Shown here: positions 37,804-52,295 of the stretch, piece by piece
How the letters are laid out: each line of letters begins with the position of its first letter
Numbering within the stretch: position 1 is the first letter of the stretch
Origin: Tubiluchus corallicola
Taxonomy: Eukaryota; Animalia; Priapulida
DNA length: 64,000 nt
Assembly (NCBI GenBank): GCA_030141605.1
Contig: JAQGDQ010000571.1
Span: 74,518 to 138,517 of the forward strand
Direction: 5' to 3'
The notes under the pieces: model-generated
Seen by the model: the letters and a program-made list of their open reading frames with translations, nothing else
Told to the model about the DNA's origin: nothing
Databases searched by the model: none
Made by a program: the position numbers and the translations under genes

Positions 37804-40330
37804 AAAAGTTCAAAAGACACTCAAGCTACGAAAATAAACTCATCTATATTACTGACAAAGAAAACTTTGATAGTGAACTTAGTAGTGCTATGAATAGATG
37901 GCTACAGAGCAAGACAGAAAAACTAAATGTAGAAAAAGGTGCCATCTTCTGGAAAACATATAAACAAATTTTTAAAGGTGTAAATAGCAATAATAATAAT
38001 AGTGTTGATATATTAATTAGTAATGGCTCACCTGTAGTCTCGGCCTCGGATAGTGCTGATTTATTATATAAGACTTTTTTTAGTGGGGAACACTTGAACG
38101 CGGAAGAATTTGATGAAAACTGGAAAAATCACATTGAACGCTCATTATCAGTTATGGACTGGGAACAAAACGAAAATTTTTGTCTAAATAACTGGTTTAA
38201 TTTACAAGAATTAGAAAATGCAGTAAGTGAAGTGCGAACTGAAGGCAAGGCGCTTGACTCCGATGGGTTTCACCCAAAAATGATAAAACATTTTGGGCCA
38301 GTCGCAAAAAATATTGTATTACGTATTGCAAATATGTGCTTAGAGAATCAAGTATGGCCTTGGACGTGCACGAAAGTAATTCCACTAAAAAAACCTAACA
38401 AAATCGATTATTCAAATGCCAGTAATTATCGTCCAATTACCATTTCTTCGTATGTAGGTAAACTCGTTGAGCGTTTAATATCAAATAGACTTAAAAATCA
38501 TTTCTTTCAGTTAAACTGCATTGATACAGAGCAAGAAGGCTTCATAAAAGGCAAAAATACAGTACGTTATTTAACGAGATTAGTTACTGATATGGAAGAC
38601 GACATTTTGAATAATGCATTCGGTATAACAATCTGCTGTGATTACGAAAAAGCGTTCGACAGTGTTTGGGTTGAAGGTTTATTATTTAGACTTATTTGTG
38701 CAAATGTACGAGGGTCTATGCTACGCCTTATAGCATATATATTACAAAATCGCAATATTTGCATAAAGATAAATGATTATATGTCCGATCAATATCGATG
38801 CAATTTAGGACTCCCACAGGGGTCAGTTATAGCCCCAATACTGTTTATATTTTTCATTGCAGATATGTTTTATAATATGGATGACTCTGTTAAAAAGTAC
38901 AAGTATGTTGATGATGGATCTTTGCATGTGTCAAATACAGACCCGCAAACCTGCGTTACAATTGCACAAAGCTGTTGTGATGTGCTTCACAAATGGTGCC
39001 AGAAATGGCGTTTAAAGATAAATACGTTACCTGGTAAGACAGAAGCATTGCTAGTAGGGGCATGGGATGAAAATAACAAGCCAGATAATTTAAAAATTAG
39101 TAACAATGAAATATTGTTTGTTGAAGACAGCAAAATATTAGGCCTAACTGTTGATCGGAAATTAACATTTGCTAAACACGCGGGTAATGTTCATAAAAAG
39201 GTATGGTATAGACGGTTGAAAGTAAAAAACAATTGCAGTAAATATGCAGGTTTGCGACTTGCTACCATTGTAAATATTTATAAAACTACTATTTTGCCGA
39301 TTATACTGTATGGTGCTATTGTATGGTTAGGTAAAAAACGTACTGTATTTGAAGATATAACCTATGATATAATGAATGTTTCTGCGGGGTTGGCTTTTAA
39401 ACCAGATCGTACTAAATTGGAATTACTTTGTGGTCTTCCACCGTTAGACATTGAACTAGGACATTAGACGCTGATGATTTAGTAAAACAACAGATTCTGC
39501 GGTATGGTAGTACACGTCTGACAGGAAGACATATTTATAAAAATATTAGGTATACACATGCGCAGACTGTGAGAAACTTTTTAAAATTTGTCTGGAATGA
39601 AAACTTTCGTACTACAGATCTTGAACAAATTCCTGAAAATATGTTAAAGTATACCAAACGTCAAATTATAGATTATGTTTCTTCTACCTGGTCAACTAAA
39701 TATAGGCATGTTATGCAATTTCGAGGAGATAATGTTGAAATACAGAATATAAAATGTACACCCTTAAATTTGCCGCTTGGAAATAATGAAAGGAAAATAG
39801 AATCCATTGCCATGTCCTTTTTAACTGGCCAGGGGAATTTTAACAGCTTTTTGTATAGACTTAATATGAGTGATACTAGTTTATGTCCATGTGGAGAAGA
39901 AGAGCAAACTCAGCACATTTTATTCAGATGTAATAAAGTAGATAATGCAAAAAGAATGCCGTTCATGGAAATAGCTGATGCCAATTATACACGTAATATT
40001 ATGCTTCAATCTGATAAAAATTTAATAATGGCTTTTACTAACCTGATCAGAGATAATTTTATACTAAGTAATTGTTAATTTAGGCCCGCTCGAGTATACA
40101 AAAATAAATTATGTAGTTGTGTAAAGTTAATTTGTTTGAATAATACTTGTGATTCGTTTGAAATTATATCTAATTTAAGTATAAAATGTTATTCGTTGTA
40201 CATAGTGTGAAACTGGATTTAAAAGATTTGTTATGTGAAAATGTAATTTGTTGATCTGAGCCTGCAAAAAGAGGCACCTTTGTATATATATATTCATTTC
40301 TTTAATAAAGATTTATTATTATTATATAAT
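37804..40330 (+). mobile_element. 5'-truncated non-LTR retrotransposon (RT + C-terminal CCHC; I/R1/Jockey group), frameshifted
   Basis: RT motifs YRPITISS, QEGF, DYEKAFDSV, GLPQGSVIAP, YVDD in 37890-39467; second frame 39569-40078 FLTGQG...CPCGEEEQTQHILFRC; frame open back to the (TC)n junction; AATAAA at ~40303 and (TTA)n tail. Confidence 0.92.
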
Positions 40331-40540
40331 TCTCTCTCTCTCTCTCTCTCTCTCCATCTCTTCTTCTTCTTCTCTCTCTCTTTTTCTGTCTCTCTCTTTC
40401 TTTCTCCATCTCTTCTTCTTCTTGTTCTTCTTCTTCTCTTTCTCTCTCTCTTTCTCTTTCTCTCTCCATCTCTTCTTCTCTCCATTTCTCTCTCTTTCCG
40501 CTCACTCTCTTCCCTACCCGCCTTCATCGCAAGTTTCTTT

Positions 40541-40597
<57 letters not shown>
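40331..40597. repeat. (TC)n/(TTC)n pyrimidine tract
   Basis: Direct reading; partly the reverse complement of 37500-37540. Confidence 0.9.
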
Positions 40598-40600
<3 letters not shown>

Positions 40601-41291
40601 TCGTCGGTTCGATGAAGAAATAAATAAGGAAAGAAGAAACAAGAACAATTAAAGCAAATGCACGAAAAGACACACGTCAAATAACAACATCCTTTACATC
40701 ACGGTTTCCCCTGGGGCCGTTAAAATTCAATATTTCGTACGAAAATCTTTGATATATTCACAACACGTTTAACAGAATGTTCTTTAGAAAACAACTTTTC
40801 AGATATCAGGATGTCGTCCTACCCTAGAGTCCGATATTTATATTGTTAATTTATAAAATCATCCTTCCTGGGTGGTTATACATATTCATTTAATTAAAGT
40901 ATTGCTCTGAACATGAAATGCTGCATCTGTTGTTGCCTCCATCGTAATGCTAGTTGCTAGTTTTGGACGCTATTGAATCCATTCCGTGAACGGGGCTTAA
41001 TAAAGTACAATGTCACAACAATAAATTCGTAAGAAATTCACAGTCAGAAAAATAGAGCAATGGCGGAGAGAACCAAAAGACGGGTAAAATGTCATACAAC
41101 TAATACAGCTATAGCTCACGAAAGGCCAAAATGCTAATGCATTGAACGATATCAGGTGTTTCAATTTTAAAAGAGTGACTACTGTAAAAAGTAAAAAGCC
41201 TACTAAATAAACAAACAGGTGGCAGCACCGTGGCAGTAATTGAAAACTAAATTAGAACCAAAAAATAGCCAATGCACCCACTACAACTTAC

Positions 41292-41473
41292 CTGGGCCTT
41301 GAAAGGGTTGCCCATTTTCGTTCCATGTCTTTCAAGTAGGCGAGGGCAGCGTCTGCACTTGTAAACGTCTTCCCGCCCAAAGCGCCCTGTGCTGCACTGG
41401 GCCTAACCAATACTGCCGCTATCACCAACGTGCAGAGTGTCATCATGAGAATTTTTGCTTCTAATTTTGCCAT
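41292..41473 (-). CDS. NPF: NPY/NPF precursor, first coding exon: signal peptide + mature peptide up to RPR
   Basis: MAKLEAKILMMTLCTLVIAAVLVRPSAA-QGALGGKTFTSADAALAYLKDMERKWATLSRP-AG|gtaagt; phase-2 intron in the Arg codon, as conserved in NPY/NPF genes; acceptor ttttcag 12 nt upstream of the ATG. Confidence 0.88.
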
Positions 41474-41712
41474 TTTTCGATTTTTCTGAAAATAAACGTA
41501 CGAAGTTTAGGCATTTCTTCATGGTGTTACGCATGCGCACAATACTATCAGGATGATTTTGAAGCACTAGGATAACATTATATCAGACTTACTCTGCTAT
41601 GCTGGACATATAGTTCAAATGTTAGAGTATGTAACATGTGATTACAGGGATCTGAGTTCAAATCTTGTTTTTTCAGACCTCTTCTTTTTGAGTTAACTAG
41701 CTTTTAGGTTAA

Positions 41713-43180
<1,468 letters not shown>

Positions 43181-43838
43181 TTAATGTGAACACATTCTAA
43201 TCCTGATTAGCCTAGAGGATGATTGTAATTCCCCCTACGCATGACTAATAAATACTTATATATAGGAAGCAATGTGAGTAAGTTTGCCATAATAACAGGT
43301 TTGAACGTATCAGCCATTTAATAATAAAATCAGCAAAGCTATTATTTCACACCGTCTAGAAACTGTAGAAAATAATTGGCCAAGGCAGTGTCTGCAGGCG
43401 GAAGACGCGTCTTAGCTTGAAAAGTCGAGCTTTTGTCAGAAACTATTTAGAAAGGATTTTTATTGTGAATCCTCAAAGAAAAAGCGGAAAAGACAACGAA
43501 TAAGAAGAAAGAAAGATAATAAGAAGAAAGTGAACTGAGAGGCAGCAATGGCAGTGGCACAGTTATGATTTATGATTGTTTTTGCAATGTTGATGATTAT
43601 GTTAATTATTATACAGCGGCCGGGTCATACCAAAGACTTTAAAAGTGACACCTGCTGTTGCCCTGCTTGGCACGTGGTATTTAGGGTAAAGTGGGGTAAC
43701 AATAGTCTCTGTTATGTAGTTGTAGTTGGTTATTTACAGTCGGCGATAATAGCTCTTTGAGCTAATGTTAATTGTTCACCCAAAAGCCAACTTTAAATAA
43801 AGATTATTATAATTATTACTATTATTATTAATGTTACA

Positions 43839-43930
<92 letters not shown>
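43839..43930. repeat. (ATT)n microsatellite
   Basis: Direct reading. Confidence 0.95.
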
Positions 43931-45522
43931 GTTAACTAATTGCATTCATTGACAGTCAATTAGTGCATTTGTTTATTGTTATTTTAAATGTCTTGGATTT
44001 TGCAATTTGTACGGTTTGTATTAAATAAAATGTTACGTACATAAAAACACCTATACCAATATGGAATTAGACAAAACTTTGCCAGTCGGTAAGCCGTGAA
44101 TATTTCAGGAATATAATAATTATGACGAGGAAAATTTTATTGAAATTGTCATCGTGGAAAACACTGTGCTCAATTTGCAGAGTTTTATCCTGCGCGTTTA
44201 CGAGGGATATAAACTCAAGGCGTAAATTATCAACCGTTCTTTGTGGCGGTGAAAAATTTTAATTAACGCAAACGGCATACCTGTTTTGATGGCTTTTTCG
44301 TAAGATGGGCTTCATTTAACAAACGGGCTTCCGGGATTTGAACAATGCCTCGAGAGGCAGAACGGAAACAATTGCTCAAGTTTGTTATGGTCGCGTTAAG
44401 TTATGTACCTGCTTAAAAACTACTTTTTAAGTAATTAAGTAACTTTTTTGAAATCCCAGACGTGTTCAGATACGCCGTGAAACTTCTGCTTCTTTGTTCA
44501 AGCAAAGAAGCCAAATTTATTGTCTGAATGTAAGGAGATGCGACAGTTTAGTGGATACATGACGTTAATCATCGCAAACAATTGCTTTATGAGACAGCTT
44601 TGATTCGATACAAGCTTATTAGATAAAATAATCGTTTTCAGGTAGATATTAATGCTAAACTCTAGTAATAAATTACTACTCAAATAAACTTTCGTGCTCT
44701 CAAATAACTAAACATTTCATCACGCTATTGCCACAAAGACCCCTAAAAATGAAATGAGCAGATATTAGTGTTAATTTTTTTTATAATTTATTTATCTTTG
44801 TTTATTTCAGCGTTCATGGACGTTACCATAAACGGTTCATGTCTTAAACCATAAAATACAGTTGAGCATTAAGTACAATTGCTTACTAACAAACTTAGTT
44901 ATAAAGACATAAACTTACTATTTACAAAAAGTAAAAAGAGAGAGAAGTTATAATACTTTAATCAGTACATTAGTTTGATTGTATTGACTTCATGGGCGCG
45001 TTAATTTCATTTCATTCATTTACTCGCTATTTTATTATTTTTTAATTTTAAATTATATGCAAACTCTATGGAAAAAAGGTATAAAAGTATTAAATTTTTC
45101 ATGATTGATGCAAAATGTGGCGCAAAAACGAACGATGGAGTTTCCCAATAAGAAACGGTTAAGATTAGGTATATTTTTTGTGCCCACACTGTATATGGAA
45201 AATTCTTTTAACAAAACTGCTAATTATAAGAGTCATTCTGTTAACTTTTTTCTCGAAGCGGCCGAAGTTGTGCTTAACAGGGAGACAATGAGGAATTCCA
45301 TACGTAAGAAGCCCGAAGAAAAAAATGGGTTTATAACCCAACAATCTCGATCCTGGAGTGTTCTGCGAACCTATGTGGCAAAGCATCTGATCTGAAAACT
45401 AGCAAGGTTTCAGCGTATGTAAAATCTTTATCTAAATTTCAGTACCTTAATTTAGTTGCAAATTCGCGGCAGAGTAAAAACCAGCTAAAGGAATCCAGAC
45501 TTTAAAAAAGTTCAAAGACAAA

Positions 45523-46129
45523 GCGTCATAGACATAGCATCATAGACATAGCGCCACAGACATAGCGTCATAGATATAGCGTCATAGACATAGCGTCAAA
45601 GAAATTGCGTCATAGACATAGCGTCATCGACATAGCGTCATAGACATAGCGTCAAAGACATAGCGTCATAGACATAGCGTCATAGATATAGCATCAAAAA
45701 CACAGCGTCATAGACATAGCGTCAAAGACATAGCATCAAAGACACAGCGTCATAGACATAGCGTCAAAGACACAGCGTCATACACATAGCGTCATAGACA
45801 TAGCGTCATAGATATAGCGTCAAAAACACAGCGTCATAGACATAGCGTCATAGACATAGCGTCATAGACATAGCGTCAAAGACACAGCGTCATAGACATA
45901 GCGTCAAAAACACAGCGTCATAGACATAGTGTCATAGATATAGCGTCAAAGACATAGCGTCATAGACATAGCGTCATAGACATGGCGTCAAAGACACAGC
46001 GTCATAGACATAGCGTCAAAGACACAGCGTCATAGACATAGCGTCATAGATATAGCGTCAAAGACACAGCGTCATAGACATAGCGTCATAGACATAGCAT
46101 CATAGACATAGCGTCATAGACATAGCGTC
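45523..46129. repeat. 14-bp minisatellite (gcgtcatagacata and variants), ~43 copies
   Basis: Direct reading; variants caaagacaca, gatata. Confidence 0.95.
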
Positions 46130-46335
46130 TGCTTTCTGATATGAGAATAATGTAATTTTGATATCACGTATCAAAATTTTCTGCCCTTTTCAATTGGCTT
46201 TGGGCTATGTACTTTAGTCTGACATCCAGTTCAATTTGATTTCAATCCTAATCTTAACTTTTGCATTTGAAATAGCTGATCTTTTGTGGTTATTACCCAG
46301 AGTATAGTACATACTAAATTTGCTCAAAATCTTAA

Positions 46336-47017
46336 AGGCCAAGGAAAGGTGTACCTGTGTAAGTTTTAGAAAAATCGCCTTAAAAGGTCATATTACTCTA
46401 CAGCAATTTTATGCGTATATCGTACTACCGTTGAAAAGATTTTTTGTTTGTTTTCAGTTTAAATTTCCCGCGACGCTGTTTCGACCGCGCCTTTACATGA
46501 CGTCATATATGCACGACGTAAATCAGGACAAAAAAGAAAATGTTAAACAATGTCCCAAAAAACTTTCCATGCAAATTTACTCAGCATTTCGCTTATCTGC
46601 TTGAAAGACTTTTGTTACTAGAAAAGAAAATTATTAATTATTTAAAATGTTTTCACTAATTGGTAAAATGTTGTTGACTCACCCTCCAGGGTGCACCACC
46701 ACTAACCAAAAATCTATTTTTAATTTTATTGACAAGATACAGTAATTTAAAATTTTACTTAGTTAGTGACGTGTGCGCTACGAATGCTCTAATTATTTTT
46801 TCAAAGTTTACACAATGTTATCTAAGCTTGTTTCAAATGACTTATCGTCAAAATGGCTGCGTGTAACGGTCATCGCGGGAGTTTAAATTTTCATGATTTA
46901 TACAGCGCTACTGCCGATGCAAGTCCTGTATGCAAAAAGACAGTGTGTAAACGGTCTAAAATTACAAGTGGAAAGTTTCTAAGCTTTATGTATATAAGTG
47001 CAGGGTTTTCCTGCTCT
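46336..47017 (-). mobile_element. Kolobok-like MITE family C, TTAA-flanked
   Basis: TTAA at 46332 and 47018; reverse complement of 17601-18649 without the nested insert. Confidence 0.8.
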
Positions 47018-47734
47018 TTAAGGTGCTGCAAATGAAAGTTCAGTTGACGAGCGTTGTCCCTTCGTAGAACAAAATAACCTTCTGGTCTTTAAGTGACAAT
47101 AACACAAGATAGACATTCATTGATAGAGAAAACATATTTACTTATGAATCCAGGCAAAACAATGGAGAATTGTCTAATATATAGCGGTGCCATAAGGTGT
47201 AAAGTTTGGGCGTCTAAAATGGATTTTCCGGGGGAGGTCGCCACTGCTGAGCATGCGCATTAGTTCCCGAATGAACAGGTAGTGGATGTATCACTTCAAA
47301 GTCAGTGATGTAGTGTGAATAGTGTAATTTTCGTATTTTTAAAATTCTGTTTTGACTAAAAATACTTTAATATCCCTGCAAACTAATGGAGGAATGCTAA
47401 TAAAAATGTCGTTTTTTTGGTGTCAAAGGTGACGAATTTGCTTTGTTATTAAGGAACGGAAGCAATTCGGTCAAAAAGACTGTTTATTAGTTTTAGCATA
47501 AAAACGAGGACTACATTTTTTCTTGAAAAAGAATTATCATTTTTTTACAAAATGATGGTCATTTGAAGACAAGAATTAGGACGACACGCCGAATGGCTTT
47601 TTTGACAAAAGTTTGACTTGACTTTTTGTAAGTCGCTCGGTAGGTCAAACGGTTACACATTCACCTGCATATGAAATTCAAAATCGGTTTTTGCTGTACT
47701 TGACAATTCTGCTATTGATACACTTCTTGCTTAA

Positions 47735-48273
47735 AGCAAAACCTGATCCAATCTTAAACTGTAGGTCAAAACAATCTACTCTTTAAAATATTGAAAGGAA
47801 ACATAGTATTTTTTCAAAAATGACTTATGTGAAAGAATTATTACCACATAAACACAATCTGCATTTCGGAAACGCATTGCGCAAAAACAGGTGTTGTACC
47901 TCTCAGTTCACATGTGTTAGTTTGTGATGAACTACACACGTTCGACAGCTCTTGCATTAATACAGCGGCAAATTTGAATTTTTATCTCAAAACTTGCCTA
48001 GTTTTAGTACAACACACTGAATATCTTATGGTACCACTGTACTTCAATTTTCGCTTTTGCAAACACGTGCAACACGATCGTTGAATATTTTTGATTTTGA
48101 AAATTACGTTAGTTTGTGATGTCATCAATAGTTGGGCTCGCCCGCCGTTGATTAAGTTTTTAATCTATTATTTAATTATCAGAAACGCTTTTGCAGTAAT
48201 AATTGTGTTAAAATGTATAGTTTTTATCGGACTTGAAAAAGGAGTGGTATATGAAAAATCAGCCTGTCTTCCT
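47735..48273 (+). mobile_element. Kolobok-like MITE family B, both ends intact
   Basis: TTAA at 47731-47734 and 48274-48277; AG...CT termini. Confidence 0.8.
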
Positions 48274-49254
48274 TTAATGGTAACTGTCTTTATCTCAACT
48301 TTTGTGTTAATATAAACGGCGTAAATGATTTTAAAATGTTATGGGTTTCAGTTTTATTATTACTCTACGTTACTGAACTGTTCTTCAATATCCAATTAAC
48401 CTATGACTATTCTGGCAGATTTGCTTATTGCAGTAATGTGATCACTTTATATCCACCTTCGTTTAATATTTAAGTCGTCAAAATTATTGTGTCAGTAATA
48501 ATGCATTTCCGAAAATTAACGACTCAGACGTGTCTCAAAATTACTTAAACTGCGTAGATGCTTAGTTTATAGTTTAAAATAGCAGAATTTACGGGATGCG
48601 AAATTAGTTTTATTTCCATAAAATCACGTTAAGGGCTTGCTAAAAGTTGAAACTGCTCATACGTGGGAGAGATAGGTAACGAAAAAAAGCGTGCGGCTTT
48701 TCCAATTCTAACAATGCGCATTTTCAACTAGATCGCCTTACCAATTCTTTGAAAACGCGTATCATTCAAAAAATTATCTCGCAAATTGATTGAAATTAAG
48801 CCTTGCAAAACTCCTGGGATAGAAAGTACTGGACAAATTAAAGAACAAAAGACAAATTCAAAAATATTTGATTCCTAACTGCATCGCTAATTTATCACTT
48901 GTGACGTGCCATCAAAGTGGCTTAGTAAAAATACTGAAAATAAATCTGAAGTCAGAAAGCGATCAATCTAGAAGGACGTTGATCAGATATTAATGATATA
49001 TTTGTGAATGTCTGCTGCTTGAGAGAGACATTTGCAGCAAATTTTTTCACTAACGTAGATGTTGTGTTTTGTTTCTCTTGGAAGGCTCGTAGAGAAAACC
49101 AGAAAACACGCCGTCAAATAAAACTACTTTATTTTAGCGAGAATTCTAGAACACAAAGATGAAGGAACTTTGAAATGATTACAATAAACGTGAAAATCTG
49201 GAAAACGTTTATGTATAAAAGCGCAAGTATAAGTCCGTGTTAGATCTGCGTACG

Positions 49255-49515
49255 ATGTGCGATCCCGTGTCGGCAGCCTGCTTCGCCTTATATAGCGCGC
49301 TGGAGAAACTTCTCGAAAAAATGTTCTCGAACAATCCAGACGCTAAGGCGGTCATCCCGAAGGAACATTCTACGATGTTCCATGGACTTCTATTTGACGT
49401 CAGCGATCTGCACAACAGTAGAGCTAGTTCAGGCCCGAACTACGGTGAGTTCCAGCCCTAAGCAATAAGCACACTCAACTCCTGGTGTCCCAGCTCCCCT
49501 TTTGCTCTGCGTCAC
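49255..49515 (-). promoter_or_regulatory. Candidate NPY/NPF promoter (TATA + CRE)
   Basis: Minus-strand TATATAA at 49288-49294, perfect TGACGTCA at 49395-49402, TGCGTCA at 49508-49514, CpG-rich non-repetitive context; possible donor gttagt at 49054. Confidence 0.5.
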
Positions 49516-49946
49516 GGCGTACACCTCTGGCGACTCAAGTATACATGTTATGCGACATTGTATATAAAACAATCTATTTTAATGACTTCAAAGTGGAATT
49601 CTATAATGACGGCAAATGTATTAATGAATTAGTTTCTCTCAACAAACTTTGTTTACTTTAAGAATGTGTTGTTTTCTCTAACAGTAACAATGTTAAGCTT
49701 ACAGAATATTAGTGAACTATTAGAAGGACTATAAAGTTATTAGTTTCACATTCTTAAGAGCAATTATTAAATTAATATTAAAGAAGAATAAATCTTAAGC
49801 TTAAGCTTTGCCACCTGTCCACATTTGAGATACCAATGTTACATTTGACATGTGTTTATATTTCATTTTCCAAAACGCTTAAGATCTCTTGAAAACCATT
49901 GTTAACAATTTAAACTACCTAAGTCTACATTTGAGTTAACGTAGGT

Positions 49947-49947
49947 T

Positions 49948-49978
<31 letters not shown>

Positions 49979-49989
49979 CTCTCTTTCTC

Positions 49990-50066
<77 letters not shown>
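49947..50066. repeat. (TC)n microsatellite
   Basis: Direct reading. Confidence 0.95.
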
Positions 50067-50069
<3 letters not shown>

Positions 50070-50180
50070 ATGCAAAACATATAGTTAAATAAATCTGCTA
50101 CAAAAATATAATGCCTGCCATTAAGCAAAAATTAGTCATTTACAGCACCAGAGGTCACCGGAGTTATTGGAATGACTTAA

Positions 50181-50530
50181 AGGAAAACAGGATGATTTTC
50201 CATATATTACCCCATTTTCAAGTCCAATAAAAATATACATTTTAACACAACTAGTACTGTAAAGGTGTTTCTGATAATTAAATAATAGATTAAAAACCTA
50301 ATTAACGTCGGGCGAACCCAACTATTGATGACATCACAAATTAACATAATTTTAAACAGCAAAAATATTCCATGAGCGTGTTGCACGTGTTGGTGAAAGC
50401 GAAAATTGATGTTCAGTGCTACTGTAAGATATCCAGTGCGTTGTACTAAAACTAGGGAAGTTTTAAGATAACAATTCAAATTTCAAATTTACTCTGTGCT
50501 AACGCATAAGCTGTCGAACGTGTGCAGTTC
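50181..50530 (-). mobile_element. Kolobok-like MITE family B, 3' half, broken at the pentamer array
   Basis: ttaa-aggaaaacaggatgatttt...; homology ends at 50530, where the array starts. Confidence 0.75.
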
Positions 50531-50950
50531 TCTAGTCTAGTCGAGCCGAGTCGAGTAGGATCGGATCGGATCGGATCGGATCGGATCGAATCGAATCGAA
50601 TCGAATCGAATCGAACCGAACCGAACCGAACCGAATCGAATCGAATCGAACCGAACCGAACCGAACCGAACCGAACCTAACCTAACCTAACCTAACCTAA
50701 CCTAACCTAACCTAACCTAACCTAACCTAACCTAACCTAACCTAACCTAACCTAACCTAACCTAACCTAACCTAACCTAACCTAATCTAATCTAATCTAA
50801 TCTAATCTAATCTAATCTAATCTAATCTAATCTAATCTAATCTAATCTAATCTAATCTAATCTAATCTAATCTAATCTAATCTAATCTAATCTAATCTAA
50901 TCTAATCTAATCTAATCTAATCCAATCCAATCCAATCCAATCCAATCTAA
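50531..50950. repeat. Stepwise pentanucleotide array TCTAG>TCGAG>TCGGA>TCGAA>CCGAA>CCTAA>TCTAA>TCCAA
   Basis: Direct reading; unbroken 5-bp phase. Confidence 0.95.
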
Positions 50951-51725
50951 TCTTGTTTTACATGAATATGAACGCACGCACATTTTCCGAGGAGAACATT
51001 TTTTTTAAATTTGAGCGCATAAAACGTGGCGCGCTTCGAACTTGGCTGCCTTGCATATCACACACGCATCTTTATCGCCCTCTTCCGGTTTTAATTGCCT
51101 GTATGACACAAATCAAGTGACTTTCCTTCTACACATTCGGCTGTACTAAACAATCAAGCATTTACAACACCAACATAAAGAAAGCTAATCCCTGTTAAGC
51201 CCGTCATAAATTGCTCTTTGTCGAGGCTTAAGTGTACAGGGATGGTGAAAATATATGGCTGCAACGTAAACCGTTAAAAGATAGGAAAGATCTAAACATG
51301 ATAATTACAATTAAAACTGTTGTGAAAACTGTTTTATATACGATGTAATAAACTTCGTGAATTCGTCTGCTATAGTGAATTTAATAGCTGTGACGAGTTT
51401 TTCTCTGGTCGATTTAATTTACTGTTAGTTTCTGTTCACAGTTTCAAATAGCAACTGCAAAATTCAAACCTTCTAAATGTCCAACGGAATCGTGAAAAAA
51501 ATCATTTGAATCTACTCTAACCATTGTGAAAATTTAATTACTTTATACAAATTTCGTAAACTTATAGAATTTGCAGAGCCGAACGTAGCACAGGTAGGAG
51601 TTCTAGAAATTTTCTTCATTAGGAGTGCCATTTTGACGATTCAAAATGGCCGCCAAGTTTTCTCTGTTTTTCACAAACAAAAATTCTGTACTAAAGCAAT
51701 TCAGACTCAATTTTTAGTTTAGAAA

Positions 51726-52295
51726 TTATACTATACTATACCATACTACACTACACTACACTACACTACACTACACTACACTACACTACACTACACTACA
51801 CTACACTACACTACACTACACTACACTACACTACGCTATGCTACGCTACACTACGCTATGCTATGCTATGCTATGCTATGCTATGCCATGCCATGCCATG
51901 CCATGCCATGCCAGACCACACCACACCACACCACACCGTACCCTACCCTACCCTACCCTACCCTACCCTACCCTACCCTACCATACCCTACCATACCATA
52001 CCATACCATACCATACCATACCATACCATACCATACCATACCATACCATACCATACCATACCATACCATACCATACCATACCATACCATACCATACCATA
52101 CCATACCAGACCAGACCAGACCAGACCACACCACACCACACCAAACCACACCACACCACACCATACCGTACCGTACCGGGCCCTACCCTACCCTACCCTA
52201 CCCTACGCTACCCTACCCTACCCTACCCTACCCTACCCTACCGTACCGTACCGTACCGTACCGTACCGTACCATACCATACTATATTATACTATA
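51726..52295. repeat. Stepwise pentanucleotide array (CTATA, CTACA, CTACG, CTATG, CCATG, CCACA, CCCTA, CCATA, CCAGA, CCGTA)
   Basis: Direct reading; unbroken 5-bp phase. Confidence 0.95.

Noticed and set aside
50676-50785. (CCTAA)n as an arthropod-type interstitial telomere
   Set aside because: It is one block in a continuous single-step pentamer series, so a telomeric origin is not needed
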